Source of the DNA: Neoconidiobolus thromboides FSU 785 | Taxonomy: Eukaryota > Fungi > Entomophthoromycota | Direction of reading: 5' to 3' | Assembly (NCBI GenBank): GCA_025603075.1 | Contig: MU626264.1 | Span: 62,001-126,000, forward strand | DNA: 64,000 nt | In this document: positions 53,353-64,000 of the stretch, one piece after another | Numbering within the stretch: the first letter of the stretch is position 1 | Layout of the letters: every line of letters starts with the position of its first letter | Notes under the pieces: model-generated | The model's database searches: none | What the model saw: only the letters and a program-made list of their open reading frames with translations | What the model was told of the DNA's origin: nothing | Position numbers and translations under genes: made by a program

Positions 53353-54312
53353 CTATGACTTTCTTTTTTTAGTCTTATTTTTCTTCACATCCATATTCAA
53401 TTTATTTTTCATTTTAAGCTTTAACTTCAAAGTCCTTCTCTTTTCCTTCATTTTAATCAGTTTTTCCAATGTTAAATAATTCTGCAATTTCAACTGTTGA
53501 ATCCTATTTTTCTTGTTTTCAATCTGCTCCTTATAACCTTCAATTTCATCATTTAAAAACTCAATACATTCACTAACAATCATACAATTTTCTTCATAAC
53601 TTAATTCTTTTTGAATCTTTTCCCCCGATCCCGAAGTGATTGCGGAAGCTATTTTACCACTTTTCGTACTATCATTATTATTCCCAAATTCATTACCTTT
53701 CTGTCCTTGCGTCATCCCCTGTCTAGAATAACTTTGTACCGCTTGCTGTGAATAAGTATTGATATTACTATCACCTCTTCCAAATTGATTCGTTTGAAAA
53801 TACCTCGGATCATTAGCCATCATTCTACTACTACTACCATACCCCATATTATCCATACCCACACTTCTTGACATATTACTCTGAGTTAAAGGCGAAGGTC
53901 TCTGTGTATTAGTTTGTCCTCCGCTTCTACTACTACCTACTACTTGTGGTATCGTCCTCCCCAACAATTGTTTTTTTTGTTGAATATCTTCATAACCTGG
54001 ATGATGTGATTTGACATGCTTAGCCAACGAGTCAGATCTCGTGAAATCTCGATTACAATTAGGAAATGTACATGGATATGGTTTTTCCCCTGTGTGTGAA
54101 CGAAGGTGGGAAATCAAGGAAAAACGGGAAGCTTGTATTTTACCAAACCGGGCACAACCTTCCCATTGACAAACGTATTCTTCTTTTTTAAAACCCACAT
54201 GATCTTCGGATAAATGATGGACGAGATGACTAAGTTGATCAAAGCCTGTGTTGCACGAGCGCCAACCGCAAATGTATTGCTTACGTTCACCTTTGGGGTA
54301 GAATCGACTCAT
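53353..54312 (-). CDS. C2H2 zinc-finger protein, GLI/Iec1-like (three fingers plus C-terminal coiled coil)
   Basis: CGWRSC..HLSEDH, CQWEGC..SRFSLISHLRSH-TGEKPYPC..C..FTRSDSLAKHVKSHH; similar to the fungal Iec1-type Ino80-associated family. Confidence 0.8.
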   Translation of the reverse strand: MSRFYPKGERKQYICGWRSCNTGFDQLSHLVHHLSEDHVGFKKEEYVCQWEGCARFGKIQASRFSLISHLRSHTGEKPYPCTFPNCNRDFTRSDSLAKHVKSHHPGYEDIQQKKQLLGRTIPQVVGSSRSGGQTNTQRPSPLTQSNMSRSVGMDNMGYGSSSRMMANDPRYFQTNQFGRGDSNINTYSQQAVQSYSRQGMTQGQKGNEFGNNNDSTKSGKIASAITSGSGEKIQKELSYEENCMIVSECIEFLNDEIEGYKEQIENKKNRIQQLKLQNYLTLEKLIKMKEKRRTLKLKLKMKNKLNMDVKKNKTKKRKS

Positions 54313-54724
54313 TTTTTTTGACTTCTGTTTTGGAATAAAAATGAATTCCCTTTGTTGCTACTGTTTAATGTGTTTTCATCATGAACTTTATTGACTTACT
54401 ATTAAGTGATTGGTGGATTCGTGGAAGAAAATACTGATTTTATTGGTTTATGAATGTTGGCGCATTTTTTTACTTGGTAAATATGTAAGTATTCAATTTT
54501 TTATCACTTTTTAAAATGGGTTTGTTTTTAGGATTGGTATGCTTGTGGTTGGATTAGTAATTAATAAATTTACTATTTAACAAAGCTTGTTATGTCTCGA
54601 TACTATTGTCTTATTTTACTACTTTATAATTTACAATAAATACTTAAAATGACATATGTTATTTCTCTATAAATTATATCAATAACTAATATAAATATTA
54701 AAAAACAAATGCAACTAAATATAT

Positions 54725-54821
54725 GGGGATGTATTTTTTCGTTTAAGAATTTACTAAGAATTTTTCTACTCAAATAGCACTTAAGAAATGGAAAAGTAAT
54801 GAAATCAAAAAAAACATCCCC
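54725..54821 (+). mobile_element. MITE copy
   Basis: ATAT-GGGGATG...CATCCCC-GTAT, 97 bp. Confidence 0.9.
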
Positions 54822-54966
54822 GTATAATAAACAAATAATAATATAATAAATACAAATAATAAAATCGAATCACTTTTATTTACAATCTAACATAAAAAAT
54901 CGTTTATATATAACCAACTGCTTATTTAGTTATATAAAACACACCTTCTAATCGGAACCCCCTTTT

Positions 54967-57263
54967 CTACTTAGTAAACACTTTTGCAATAAGTATACTA
55001 ACCGCCATTGTACCTTCCCCTAAAACCAAACCAGACGCAATCACGGTAAACAGTACCTTATGAAAGTTACTTGAATACTGTTCTTCTTTTATACTTGGAT
55101 AAAAACTAGCTCTCCTTTGATTATAAATTTGACAAGGTACCATATCCGGTGATCTCCTTGCTTTATATTTTTCAATCAATTGTTTAATAGGAGAAATAAG
55201 ATAACTTGTAAACCAACCCTTTAAATAAGCTTCACAAATTAAAGCACCTAATACTCTAGGTAATGTAAAATTGGGTGGGTTATAAATACCAATTGCAAAA
55301 GCAATACCTGAAGGTAAATATTGAACTAGTCTGGTATTTGAATATAAAAATTTAACAATTGGGATAATCGTAAATATAATAGCAAATACAATCGAAAATG
55401 TTGCAGAATAAGGGGGTAAAGGGTGACCATTAACTAATTTAGCCATATCTAACCAAATCTGAGCAGTTGGTACTTGAAATTCAGGGCCTGGTATCGTATA
55501 AGTAGAGGTAAATAATTGATAAGCGAAAACGGAAATAAATACAGATACTAAAGAGCCTAACAATTGACCATAAAATTGGGCTCTTGGACTAGCATTTAAT
55601 AAATGTCCTGTTTTTAAATCTTGCATCATATCACCAGCTTGCATTGCACCAGCTTCCGCTACTCCACCAGCTACTAAATTTCCTACCAAATTACCTGGTA
55701 ATAAGGCCCCAAATACTACTTGGGATACTTTTCCAATACCAGATACTGGATTTAAATCTGTTTCTCCTAAGGCTCTAACAGCTAAAATTGATAATACACA
55801 ACCTAAGAATAACGAAATAATAATAGAATATAAGGGTATTTCATCAAATACAATAGATATAGACATAATGCAACCAACGGTACTTAAAAACAAACCGGAA
55901 TACAAAGCCCAAGAGGGGATCACTTCTTTTTCATAAATATCTTGTTGATTTCTCCCATTTATATAATTTGAGTATTGTGTCTTAATTTCTTTAAAGGTAA
56001 TTAAAGAAAGAGAAACAATGGATTCAGAAATCATAACAGCCAATGAAATCCAAAGTATCCATCCTCTAGCACCATCTTTCCAATCATTAACTTCCCCTTT
56101 TGCCCATCCCATGTAAAATGATATCGGTGATAAGATACCCCAGCCAATAATAGAACCTAACAACATCGATAAGGTAGTTGGCAAACCCATAATTATACCT
56201 TGTCCCATATAACTTAAGGCTGGAGTAATATACCAATTCCATTTAACAGCATCTGAATTGATGATATTAAAAATTGGCCATATGGAATATTCAGGATAAA
56301 GAGTGGTAAGTAAGGTTGTTATTGAAGATAATGAAAATGTTGCTAATAATGCTTTCCATTGTTGAGCTGTTTCATTACTAAATGGTAAACTTGTATTGCT
56401 ATTGTTATTACTCTCTTCATCCTTGTTTTCTATTTGTTCATAAATAGTATCTTGAGATAGCTCATCTTCCTCCAAATTCTTTTCAATTGGTTTATGTAAT
56501 AATTGAATCATTTGGGCGGTTGCAGTACCAGAAGGAAATTTTAATTTTTCTTTTAGAATTACTTGTTTTCTTAAAGGTACAGCAAAAAACACTCCAAAAA
56601 AAGCGATACCTAATCCCCACAATAAAAGTTGATAAGTATTTAAAACCAGCCCTGAACTAATTCCATGATTAGGTCTATCTTCTGGACTTAACATACCTAA
56701 AGCTGGTATAATTCCTACAAATCCACCAGCTAGTGGCATGGTAGCTGTGGCTACTGCACATGTTTGTATAAATACATTTTCTTTAATTCCAAAAGGTATG
56801 GTTAAATCATACCATTTATAATCATTAATTGTACTTTGGGATTCTATCTCTAAATTAAGTGGATAATTTTTACCATACCAAGCTAATGATTTGGCTATAG
56901 CATAACCTATTAAGGAGGCTTGTAAACTCATCATACTTATCCATCCCGTTTGTAATCCAAAATACATATTTGTAAAGGATAGTAAACTGCCTATTGTCAA
57001 ACCTAATAAAATACCTCGTAACTTAATATATTAGTCTAAATAATAGATATTGAAAAATTAATAAAACTTACTGTTATATCAGGTAATATAGCTTGTTCAT
57101 AAGATAATGGCGGTATAAACTCTTCATTGTTGTCCCTATCTTTCGATGAAGTTGATACTATTGAAGCTGAATCGGAAGAACTTGAGTATAAAGAAATGTT
57201 ATTGGTATTGGAAGCTAAAGGCGACGTTTCACTCATATTGGTATAATCTAATTTTGCCGTCAT
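54967..57263 (-). CDS. OPT-superfamily transporter (YSL/YGL114W-like subfamily), one intron near the 5' end
   Basis: NMYFGLQTGWISMMSLQASLIG, ENVFIQTCAVA, KLKFPSGTATAQMI, VRALGETDLNPVSGIGK, QAGDMMQDLKTGHL, GLVLGEG. Confidence 0.93.
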
Positions 57264-58855
57264 TTTATATTATATAAAAAAAGATCAAAAAATAAACGAA
57301 TAAATTAAAGATCCCCTTTTTTATTTATACTTTGTTTATGTTTTTTTATATTATTAATCATATTCAACTGCTGTTTAAAAATTTTGTAACAATTTTAATT
57401 TACCTACAAAAAATCGAATAAATGTTGCAATTTAAAGTTTGAATTTCATCTTTTATTCATCTAAGAAATATAGTTAACATCATAAATTCAAAATCTTTAC
57501 TAAATCAGTTCATTTTTCTCTTGGGGTAAAATTAATTTGGATTTGAAATTGGATGAGTGAGGTCATTAAATTGCCTTATTTAAAATACAATTTAGCTTTG
57601 AACCCACATTTCAAAAAAACATTTAACAAAAGTTTTCTATTTTTAAATCTATTAAGGCATAATGAGCGGAATTATAACTTTTAAAATAAAATGGTTGCAA
57701 TTTATGACCATCAATCCAATTTCTTATTTAAATGAAGTTGCATGTTTTATTGATTTGACACAGATTTTAAAGATTAGAATGGACAATATTACTTTTTTTC
57801 TTCTTTTTCTTCTGTTGTTTATTATTGATCGTATTTTTTTTAACATTAAATATAAAAAAATTGAGTCTGAGGCTTCAATAAGCTGTCATGACATCACTTT
57901 TGAACAATGAAGTTTAATTTAAGAATTGCAAATGACTTTGCACTTTCAAGTCATCTGAATTAGTTGATTTTAAAAATCAAATAAATACGATGTAGATTAA
58001 TAATACAACACATCAACAACATTAATGTGTAATTCGCCATACAAGTAAATTGTCACTATATGCTATTATTACATACTTTATCTCTATCAATGATTCTAAT
58101 AGCTAACAGTATAATAAATATAGCATTGTTGATATATTGTTGATATATTGGTGATATCAAGGTATTAAATAAATAAAACTCCGAAATTAAGGCTATTTTA
58201 CAGCTGCTATAATTCTATTGCAACATAATTTGCGTCGTTTTAGAGCCAGTTATTTATTTGTTTAGTTTTCCAATGTCTAATCTACGAATCTTACTCTAGG
58301 TTTAGCGGAACTTTATTCTTAAATGAACAGTCACATAAGTCGCAATAGAGTTGCAACAGAGTTATATTATTAACCTAAAATCCCTTGATTTTATGAGATT
58401 AAAAGCAGGGGAAAATCTCAAATAGTCTAATTTTTTCCCAGAGAAATACTAACCTCTAAGGCTTCTTAACTTTTAAATGTTCCTAAGATCATAGATAACA
58501 TGATAATAAATTATTTACTTGGATACATCTGTCCAAATTGTTAGCGTTGATTTTGTAGCCTATTATAATTGATATTTAATATCTGATATTTAATATTCTT
58601 AAGCTTAAAAACTTTAAATCTATCATTAATTTCAGCCCACTAGTTTTTCAGGGTAAATCAAGGGATATATTCGTTGTGACTCTATAGTGGCCTATTAAAC
58701 TGTTTATTTAAGAAAGAGATTTAACTAAGGTTAAGGTAAAATCAAGGTAAAACCCAAAGATCAAAATCAAGCTTAAAAAATTATTCAAAATATAGTTAAC
58801 TCTAAAAATTACAATAAAATCACAATAAAGCCATAACAGCTGTATTTTAATTAAT

Positions 58856-58951
58856 GGGACTGTATTTTTTCGTTTAAGAATTTTGCCAACAATCTTTCCA
58901 CTCAAGTAGCGCTTAAAAATGGAAAAAGTAATAAAGACAAAAAACATTGCC
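58856..58951 (+). mobile_element. MITE copy with TAAT TSD
   Basis: TAAT-GGGACTG...CATTGCC-TAAT, 96 bp. Confidence 0.88.
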
Positions 58952-59409
58952 TAATTCAGATATTTCAAGCACAATTTTTTAATTAGGCTAAAATTAAATA
59001 TTTGTTAAAAATACTTTATAACTGAATAACTTTAAAAAAAATATATACATTACAACTTGAAGTTGTATAAAAAATATGGCTTATGGTATTACTAAAAATC
59101 TATAATATTTATATAAGTAACTCGTATTTTATAGCTAAGAAATATAATAAATTAAAATTAAATTAAATTATAAAAAATTTATTAAAAAAGTTAGTAAGAT
59201 ATAATTTTAAAGGTAATTAAAAATGATTAAAAGTAATTAAGACAGTTATTATAAACATATTTTATATTTTTGTATTATGCTATAAGTACTATTCGTTGTA
59301 TTACAACTAACTTTTCTATATTATAATAACTTTAATACAAAATAATATAAAACTAATATAAAATTAGCATAAAATCAAAAAATAAATAACTTTGGTTTTT
59401 TTAAGTCTT

Positions 59410-59900
59410 ATTGAATTATTTTATCATAATCAATATTGTAAATTAGCGGAATTTCTGCTAAACTTAATACAAATTCACAGATTAGTGAGACTTTTACCAA
59501 TATAGCCCATATGGGTATATATTTTTGTGTTTAAGAGTTTTACTAAGAATTTTTCCACTCAAACAGTGCTTGAAAGATAGAAAAAATAATGAAGTCAAAA
59601 AAGACATTCCCATATAGTATTAATTAAAATTATAATATACAAATAAATGTATATTTTTATAAAACTTCATTAAAAAATATCCAATATTAACTGCTTTATA
59701 GCTAATATTACGAATCTGTTATTGAGTAAATAAACAGCTTTAATATTATAATTATATTGTTAATATATTACTAAGCTAACAAATAGCTGCATAAAAGGGA
59801 ACAGTTAGCCTTAGAATTATAATTAACTATTTTTATATAATATATACAGTATACTAATAATTTTTATTTATTATTGCAACTATTTATTCTCTATCTATTT
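59410..59900 (+). repeat. Family B repeat copy interrupted by a MITE
   Basis: Aligns to 35560-35870 and to the reverse complements of 15525-15850 and 60935-61100. Confidence 0.7.
59513..59611 (+). mobile_element. MITE copy with ATAT TSD
   Basis: ATAT-GGGTATA...CATTCCC-ATAT, 99 bp. Confidence 0.9.
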
Positions 59901-60660
59901 ATTATAATATTGCTTTATCTGCTTTATCAACTTTATAATTAATTATAATTCATGTAATACAATTAATTCAAAGTTTTTTATTTTAATTTGCCATAAAAAT
60001 TTCTACCACCTGATTGCAAAAACATTATCTTCTTACTTTAATACCTGTATTTGACAATTATAATAACAAATTATACTTATTGTTATATTAGATATATAAT
60101 CACTTAGTTAAAATATAATATTTAGTTTTTAATATAATAGCTTAATGATTTCTAATCAACTTATTCCCTGGTATTATATTTTTAATAAAACCACTAAGTT
60201 TTATAATATTTTATATAGCACAATTAACCCAAAGCTCTTTACTTTAATTTTCTGTGAGGATTTCTATCACTTAATTAAAAAGCATTATCTTCTTTTTAAT
60301 GCCTATCGTCAATAACTACACTAAAAAATAACTATTATCATGTCCTTTATATACAGTCACCAAGTTAAAGTATAAAAAAATTCTTTAATATAGTAATTCA
60401 AAGCTTTTTAATTGAATTATTACCTGATGTTGTACTTTTAGTAAAGCCATTAAACTTTTTTATAATATTTTATATAAATTTTATAATGGCATCATTTATT
60501 CTATCTATCTATCTTGTATAATCCATAATCTATTATATGCTTATTTTTTACAATTTAAATCTATTTTAGTTACATAAATCAAGGTTTCCTAACTTGTAGC
60601 TAGTCAATCAAGCAAAAACTGTTTTTAACTCTAATGAACACTAACTTTCATAGCAAGTAA
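59900..60660 (+). repeat. Family C repeat, two partial copies (59900-60230 and 60390-60660)
   Basis: Both match 15985-16260 and the reverse complement of 10790-11310. Confidence 0.62.
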
Positions 60661-60674
60661 ATAGTTTATTAAAT

Positions 60675-60768
60675 GGGGATGTATTTTTTTGTTTAAGAAT
60701 TTTACTACAATCTTTTCACTCAATAGCGCTTAAAAAATGGAAAAATAATGAAACCAAAAAACAGCTCC
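60675..60768 (+). mobile_element. MITE copy
   Basis: AAAT-GGGGATG...CAGCTCC-GAAT, 94 bp. Confidence 0.88.
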
Positions 60769-60779
60769 GAATAACAGAA

Positions 60780-61100
60780 ATCAATTATCAAATGTTAATA
60801 TTACTTAAATTATTAATAATTAAGCTAACAAATGGGGATGATTTTTTTGATTTCATTACTTTTCATTTTTTTAAGCGCTATTTGAACGGAAAGATCGTTA
60901 GTAAAATCCTCAAACGAAAAAATGCATCACCAAATAGTTAAAAAGCAAATAGTTATTATAGTAAATAAAAACTAATATTGTATTGCTTATATTATATAAA
61001 AGTAGTTGATTATAGCTTTAAAGCTAGTTATCTCATTTTATACAGTCGTTTATCAACTTAATAATATATTAATAATGTAATTATAATATTAAGATAATTA
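60780..61100 (-). repeat. Family B repeat copy (inverted) interrupted by a MITE
   Basis: Reverse complement of 60935-61100 matches 59740-59905; reverse complement of 60780-60830 matches 35865-35915. Confidence 0.7.
60834..60931 (-). mobile_element. MITE copy with AAAT TSD
   Basis: AAAT-GGGGATG...CATCACC-AAAT, 98 bp. Confidence 0.92.
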
Positions 61101-61234
61101 ATTTGTTATTTAAATAAATTAAAAAATCTCAGATAAAGTTTTGGTTTATTTAATTTATTTATTTAATAACAAATTTGCAATATTTACTATATATAAAAAA
61201 CATAATAACAATTGTTCTTTATTGTAATTACTAA

Positions 61235-62006
61235 CTATCTATATATAATGGGGTATATTGTAATGTAATAAAATTGGTAATAACATAAATCACTGCCGTT
61301 GTAAGTAAATATTATTTCTTTTAGTGATGCATCGTAGAAACACCTTACAATGTCTCTCTGTTTTAGTATATGAACAAAAGCATTTTTGTATTGCTTTTTA
61401 TTAATATTTACACTATATATATTATTGTTTATTAGCATATGAGATTCTACAAATGCTACTAAACTTTATATATGACCATTGCTTTTATCTACATATTTAA
61501 TTAAGAGTTGAAATATATCACTCAAATCAATTAATCCAATTTCAAAATACATCTATTCTGAATTTAATGTTTGACAATTTGCTTTTATTATACAACTGTT
61601 ACTAAAATAGATATGGGGATGTATTTTTGTATTTGAGAATTTTACTAACAAATTTTCCATTTAAATAGCACTTAAAAGATGGAAAAAATAATGAAGCCAA
61701 AAAAAACATCCCCATATATTTATTCCTTTTCATAATCATTTTATCCCTTTCTACGACAGTTACATAAGACTTGTTTCGATTCATAACTGAGATGTTTTCT
61801 ATTCGTATTTCGCTTAATTCAGTAGGCTCATAATTTTCTCTGATTTGCTTTATTCCGTTACCATTTGTTGGATCACTATTTTCTTCCAACTTCATCCCTA
61901 TTCTTATACAATTACACCCCCATTTAATAACACAGAAAGCTATGCCAAATACAAAGCTACAAACTCCAACTGATATAGTAATATATAAGTAATTATCAAT
62001 GGAGAT
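61235..62006 (-). pseudogene. SPRY-domain paralog pseudogene (start codon ATG>ATC, MITE insertion, nonsense codon, PPxY tail missing)
   Basis: Colinear with 38088-38883 once the MITE and one ATAT are removed (NKYIYFSNSCIIKA..NSE*MYFEI vs NDTIYFNDNCIIQA..NPESMYYEI; KQRDIVRCFYD vs KRGDIIGCFYD). Confidence 0.8.
61615..61713 (+). mobile_element. MITE copy with ATAT TSD inserted in a coding exon
   Basis: ATAT-GGGGATGTATTTTTG...AAAAAACATCCCC-ATAT, 99 bp, near consensus. Confidence 0.95.
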
Positions 62007-62494
62007 TTTTAAAAACTATCAAAAGAAGATTCGTAAACAATTTATCTCGTTTTCATCTTTTGTTTATTAATAGAAAATTCACTTTACTCTTGCATAGAAC
62101 TGATTCTATTACTCCTTTTTCCAAACGATTAGAAAACCTTATATCCCTATATCTTTAAAGTATATATTTCGGGCGTTCAAAAGCCAAGTATTTTTAGCGT
62201 CTATCAAGCAAGTAATTTTTATAATGTGAAGATTTTACATCTCCCTTTTAAATTTAAATGTTATAGTTCTTTTAAATTAAAATACTGCTTTATTGTTATA
62301 ATAAAGTTAGGGTCAGATTTAGGGCTAGATTTAAAGCTAGGTTTTGTTATTAAAAAAATGTTGCGATTTCTATTTTAAAGTCACAAAAACTGATCCTTCT
62401 ATCAAAAATATGTCCTCAGTAGTATAATACTTTGCATACATATAGCCATAAATTTATTTCAATATCATAGAAACTACAGAAACAAACTCTTAAT

Positions 62495-63793
62495 CTATTC
62501 CAACTTGATCCAGCTCAGCATTGGAACCTGCTTTAATCTATCACATAATTTCGAATCTAAAAAATGAGTGATGGGAGCAACAAGTAATAAGGGGGTCTTA
62601 AGCTCAAAAATACTCTCTGTATTAACGTCCATAAGGTTGAATTTATTAATTCGGATCAATTGAAGATTTGGAAAAAAACTTAAAAAATCAAAGAATTCTT
62701 CGACTAATGGATAAAAATAATTGATAGTTATGTTTTTTATATGAGTACATTTGTAGTTACAAGTTTCATTTATATTAGTTTCGTAGGCCATTTCTTTGAT
62801 ATCAAAATATAATCGATCAATGTAGATGGTATTTACATTGGGGAGTGAAGCTATCGATCTCAATAAATCTTTGGATAGGTTTTTGATATAAACTTGTTTT
62901 AAACTTGGTAGTTTTAATAACTCAAAACCAGTATTATTTTTCATACTAATATAACCTAAAGTATTAAGTTTAACACCTTCAAATAAAGTCAAATCAATAG
63001 TAACATCATTTCCTATAAGACCAGGACTTGAATTATCAATCAATTTAATACTTTCAAATACTTTTAAATCCCCAAAGTAATTAACAATAAAATCAAAATC
63101 TAAAGGACCTTCGAGTTCTAATTTTACATGAGCAATAAAGCTTAAATTGAAACTGAAATTAATAGGGACACTGATATGATCTTTGGATTTCAGATATAAC
63201 ACTTTTAGATTAACAAACTCACTCTTGATTCTATCCAATCCATGGAGTTCCAAATCACCACCAGTGACATGTAACTTCAATGACTTCAATATCCCTGGAT
63301 TTAAGTAATTAATAACTGTTCCCATGTTTAAATTATATGTGTAGACTTCTATCATTTCAATTTGAGTTAAATATCTGCTAAATAATTCTAAATAATGAGT
63401 CAAACCGCTATCTAATGATTTTATCACCAATCTCTTCAATTTTGGTAAACTAACTCCTAATTCATTGTTGTTATCGCTACTATTAAATAAGTTCTCGTAG
63501 TATAAAGATACTATGTTAGAACAGTAGCCAATATATTCCATTTCATTACTGGTTATATTTAAATGCTTCATCAGTGAGCCATTTTCTTTAATGAATTTTA
63601 GTTGATAAGATTTATATCTTCTATGTTTACTATGGTTGTAGTTGGAGTAGATTAAGTTTATCTTGATTACTTTGTTGACTATGTTATATATTACTTCATT
63701 CAATAAACGTAGTTCAAATAGTTGTTCTGGATTTATAAATTGGAAGATTTCTTCTAATAATACATCAGATAAATCAGTAAAGGACAAGGGCAT
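62495..63793 (-). CDS. F-box/leucine-rich-repeat-like protein (copy B)
   Basis: LSDVLLEEIFQFINPEQLFELRLLNEVI...YQLKFIKENGS, paralog of 33859-35193; open 432-aa frame. Confidence 0.75.
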   Translation of the reverse strand: MPLSFTDLSDVLLEEIFQFINPEQLFELRLLNEVIYNIVNKVIKINLIYSNYNHSKHRRYKSYQLKFIKENGSLMKHLNITSNEMEYIGYCSNIVSLYYENLFNSSDNNNELGVSLPKLKRLVIKSLDSGLTHYLELFSRYLTQIEMIEVYTYNLNMGTVINYLNPGILKSLKLHVTGGDLELHGLDRIKSEFVNLKVLYLKSKDHISVPINFSFNLSFIAHVKLELEGPLDFDFIVNYFGDLKVFESIKLIDNSSPGLIGNDVTIDLTLFEGVKLNTLGYISMKNNTGFELLKLPSLKQVYIKNLSKDLLRSIASLPNVNTIYIDRLYFDIKEMAYETNINETCNYKCTHIKNITINYFYPLVEEFFDFLSFFPNLQLIRINKFNLMDVNTESIFELKTPLLLVAPITHFLDSKLCDRLKQVPMLSWIKLE

Positions 63794-64000
63794 GATATAG
63801 CGTTTAATGCTATAAAGAAGGGAAAATAGTTTTTTTAAAATTCTTATTTAATGGATAATTTTTTTGCTAATGACGTAACTTGAAATTACATTTTTATTCT
63901 TAAAATGCTACTATATGGATTAAATGTTTTATTTACAATAATAAACTGAATCCTCGATTAGCTGGTTTAAAAGGCGCAATAGATCAACAAATATACTCTA

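Overview
Very AT-rich eukaryotic DNA with short (about 45-90 nt) GT-AG introns and fungal-type genes. An early-diverging fungus (Conidiobolus/Entomophthoromycotina-like) is my inference from gene content and composition, not proven. The ORF track uses alternative start codons and ignores introns, so many of its short ORFs are exon fragments or spurious. Gene-dense blocks carry SEC21 (partial), VPS11, URA9, MYG1, a Nup192/Nup205-like nucleoporin, CDO1, URA7, profilin, an Ivy1-like IMD protein, DUS4, TFB5 (missing from the ORF track), SCAP, an Iec1/GLI-like C2H2 factor and an OPT transporter, plus tRNA-Thr(UGU). These blocks alternate with repeat-rich spacers. The main discovery is a transposon system. 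A 2.46-kb element (35435-37893) has imperfect TIRs, a near-perfect 4-bp TSD and a decayed DDD transposase of Sola type. About 22 copies of a ~98-bp MITE have 4-bp W-rich TSDs, and the MITE's two halves match the two ends of that element. The element sits inside an F-box/LRR + SPRY-PPxY gene pair that is duplicated in inverted orientation at 61.2-63.8 kb, where the SPRY copy is a pseudogene carrying a MITE. Older repeats (families B and C) show strongly transition-biased decay and host nested MITEs.
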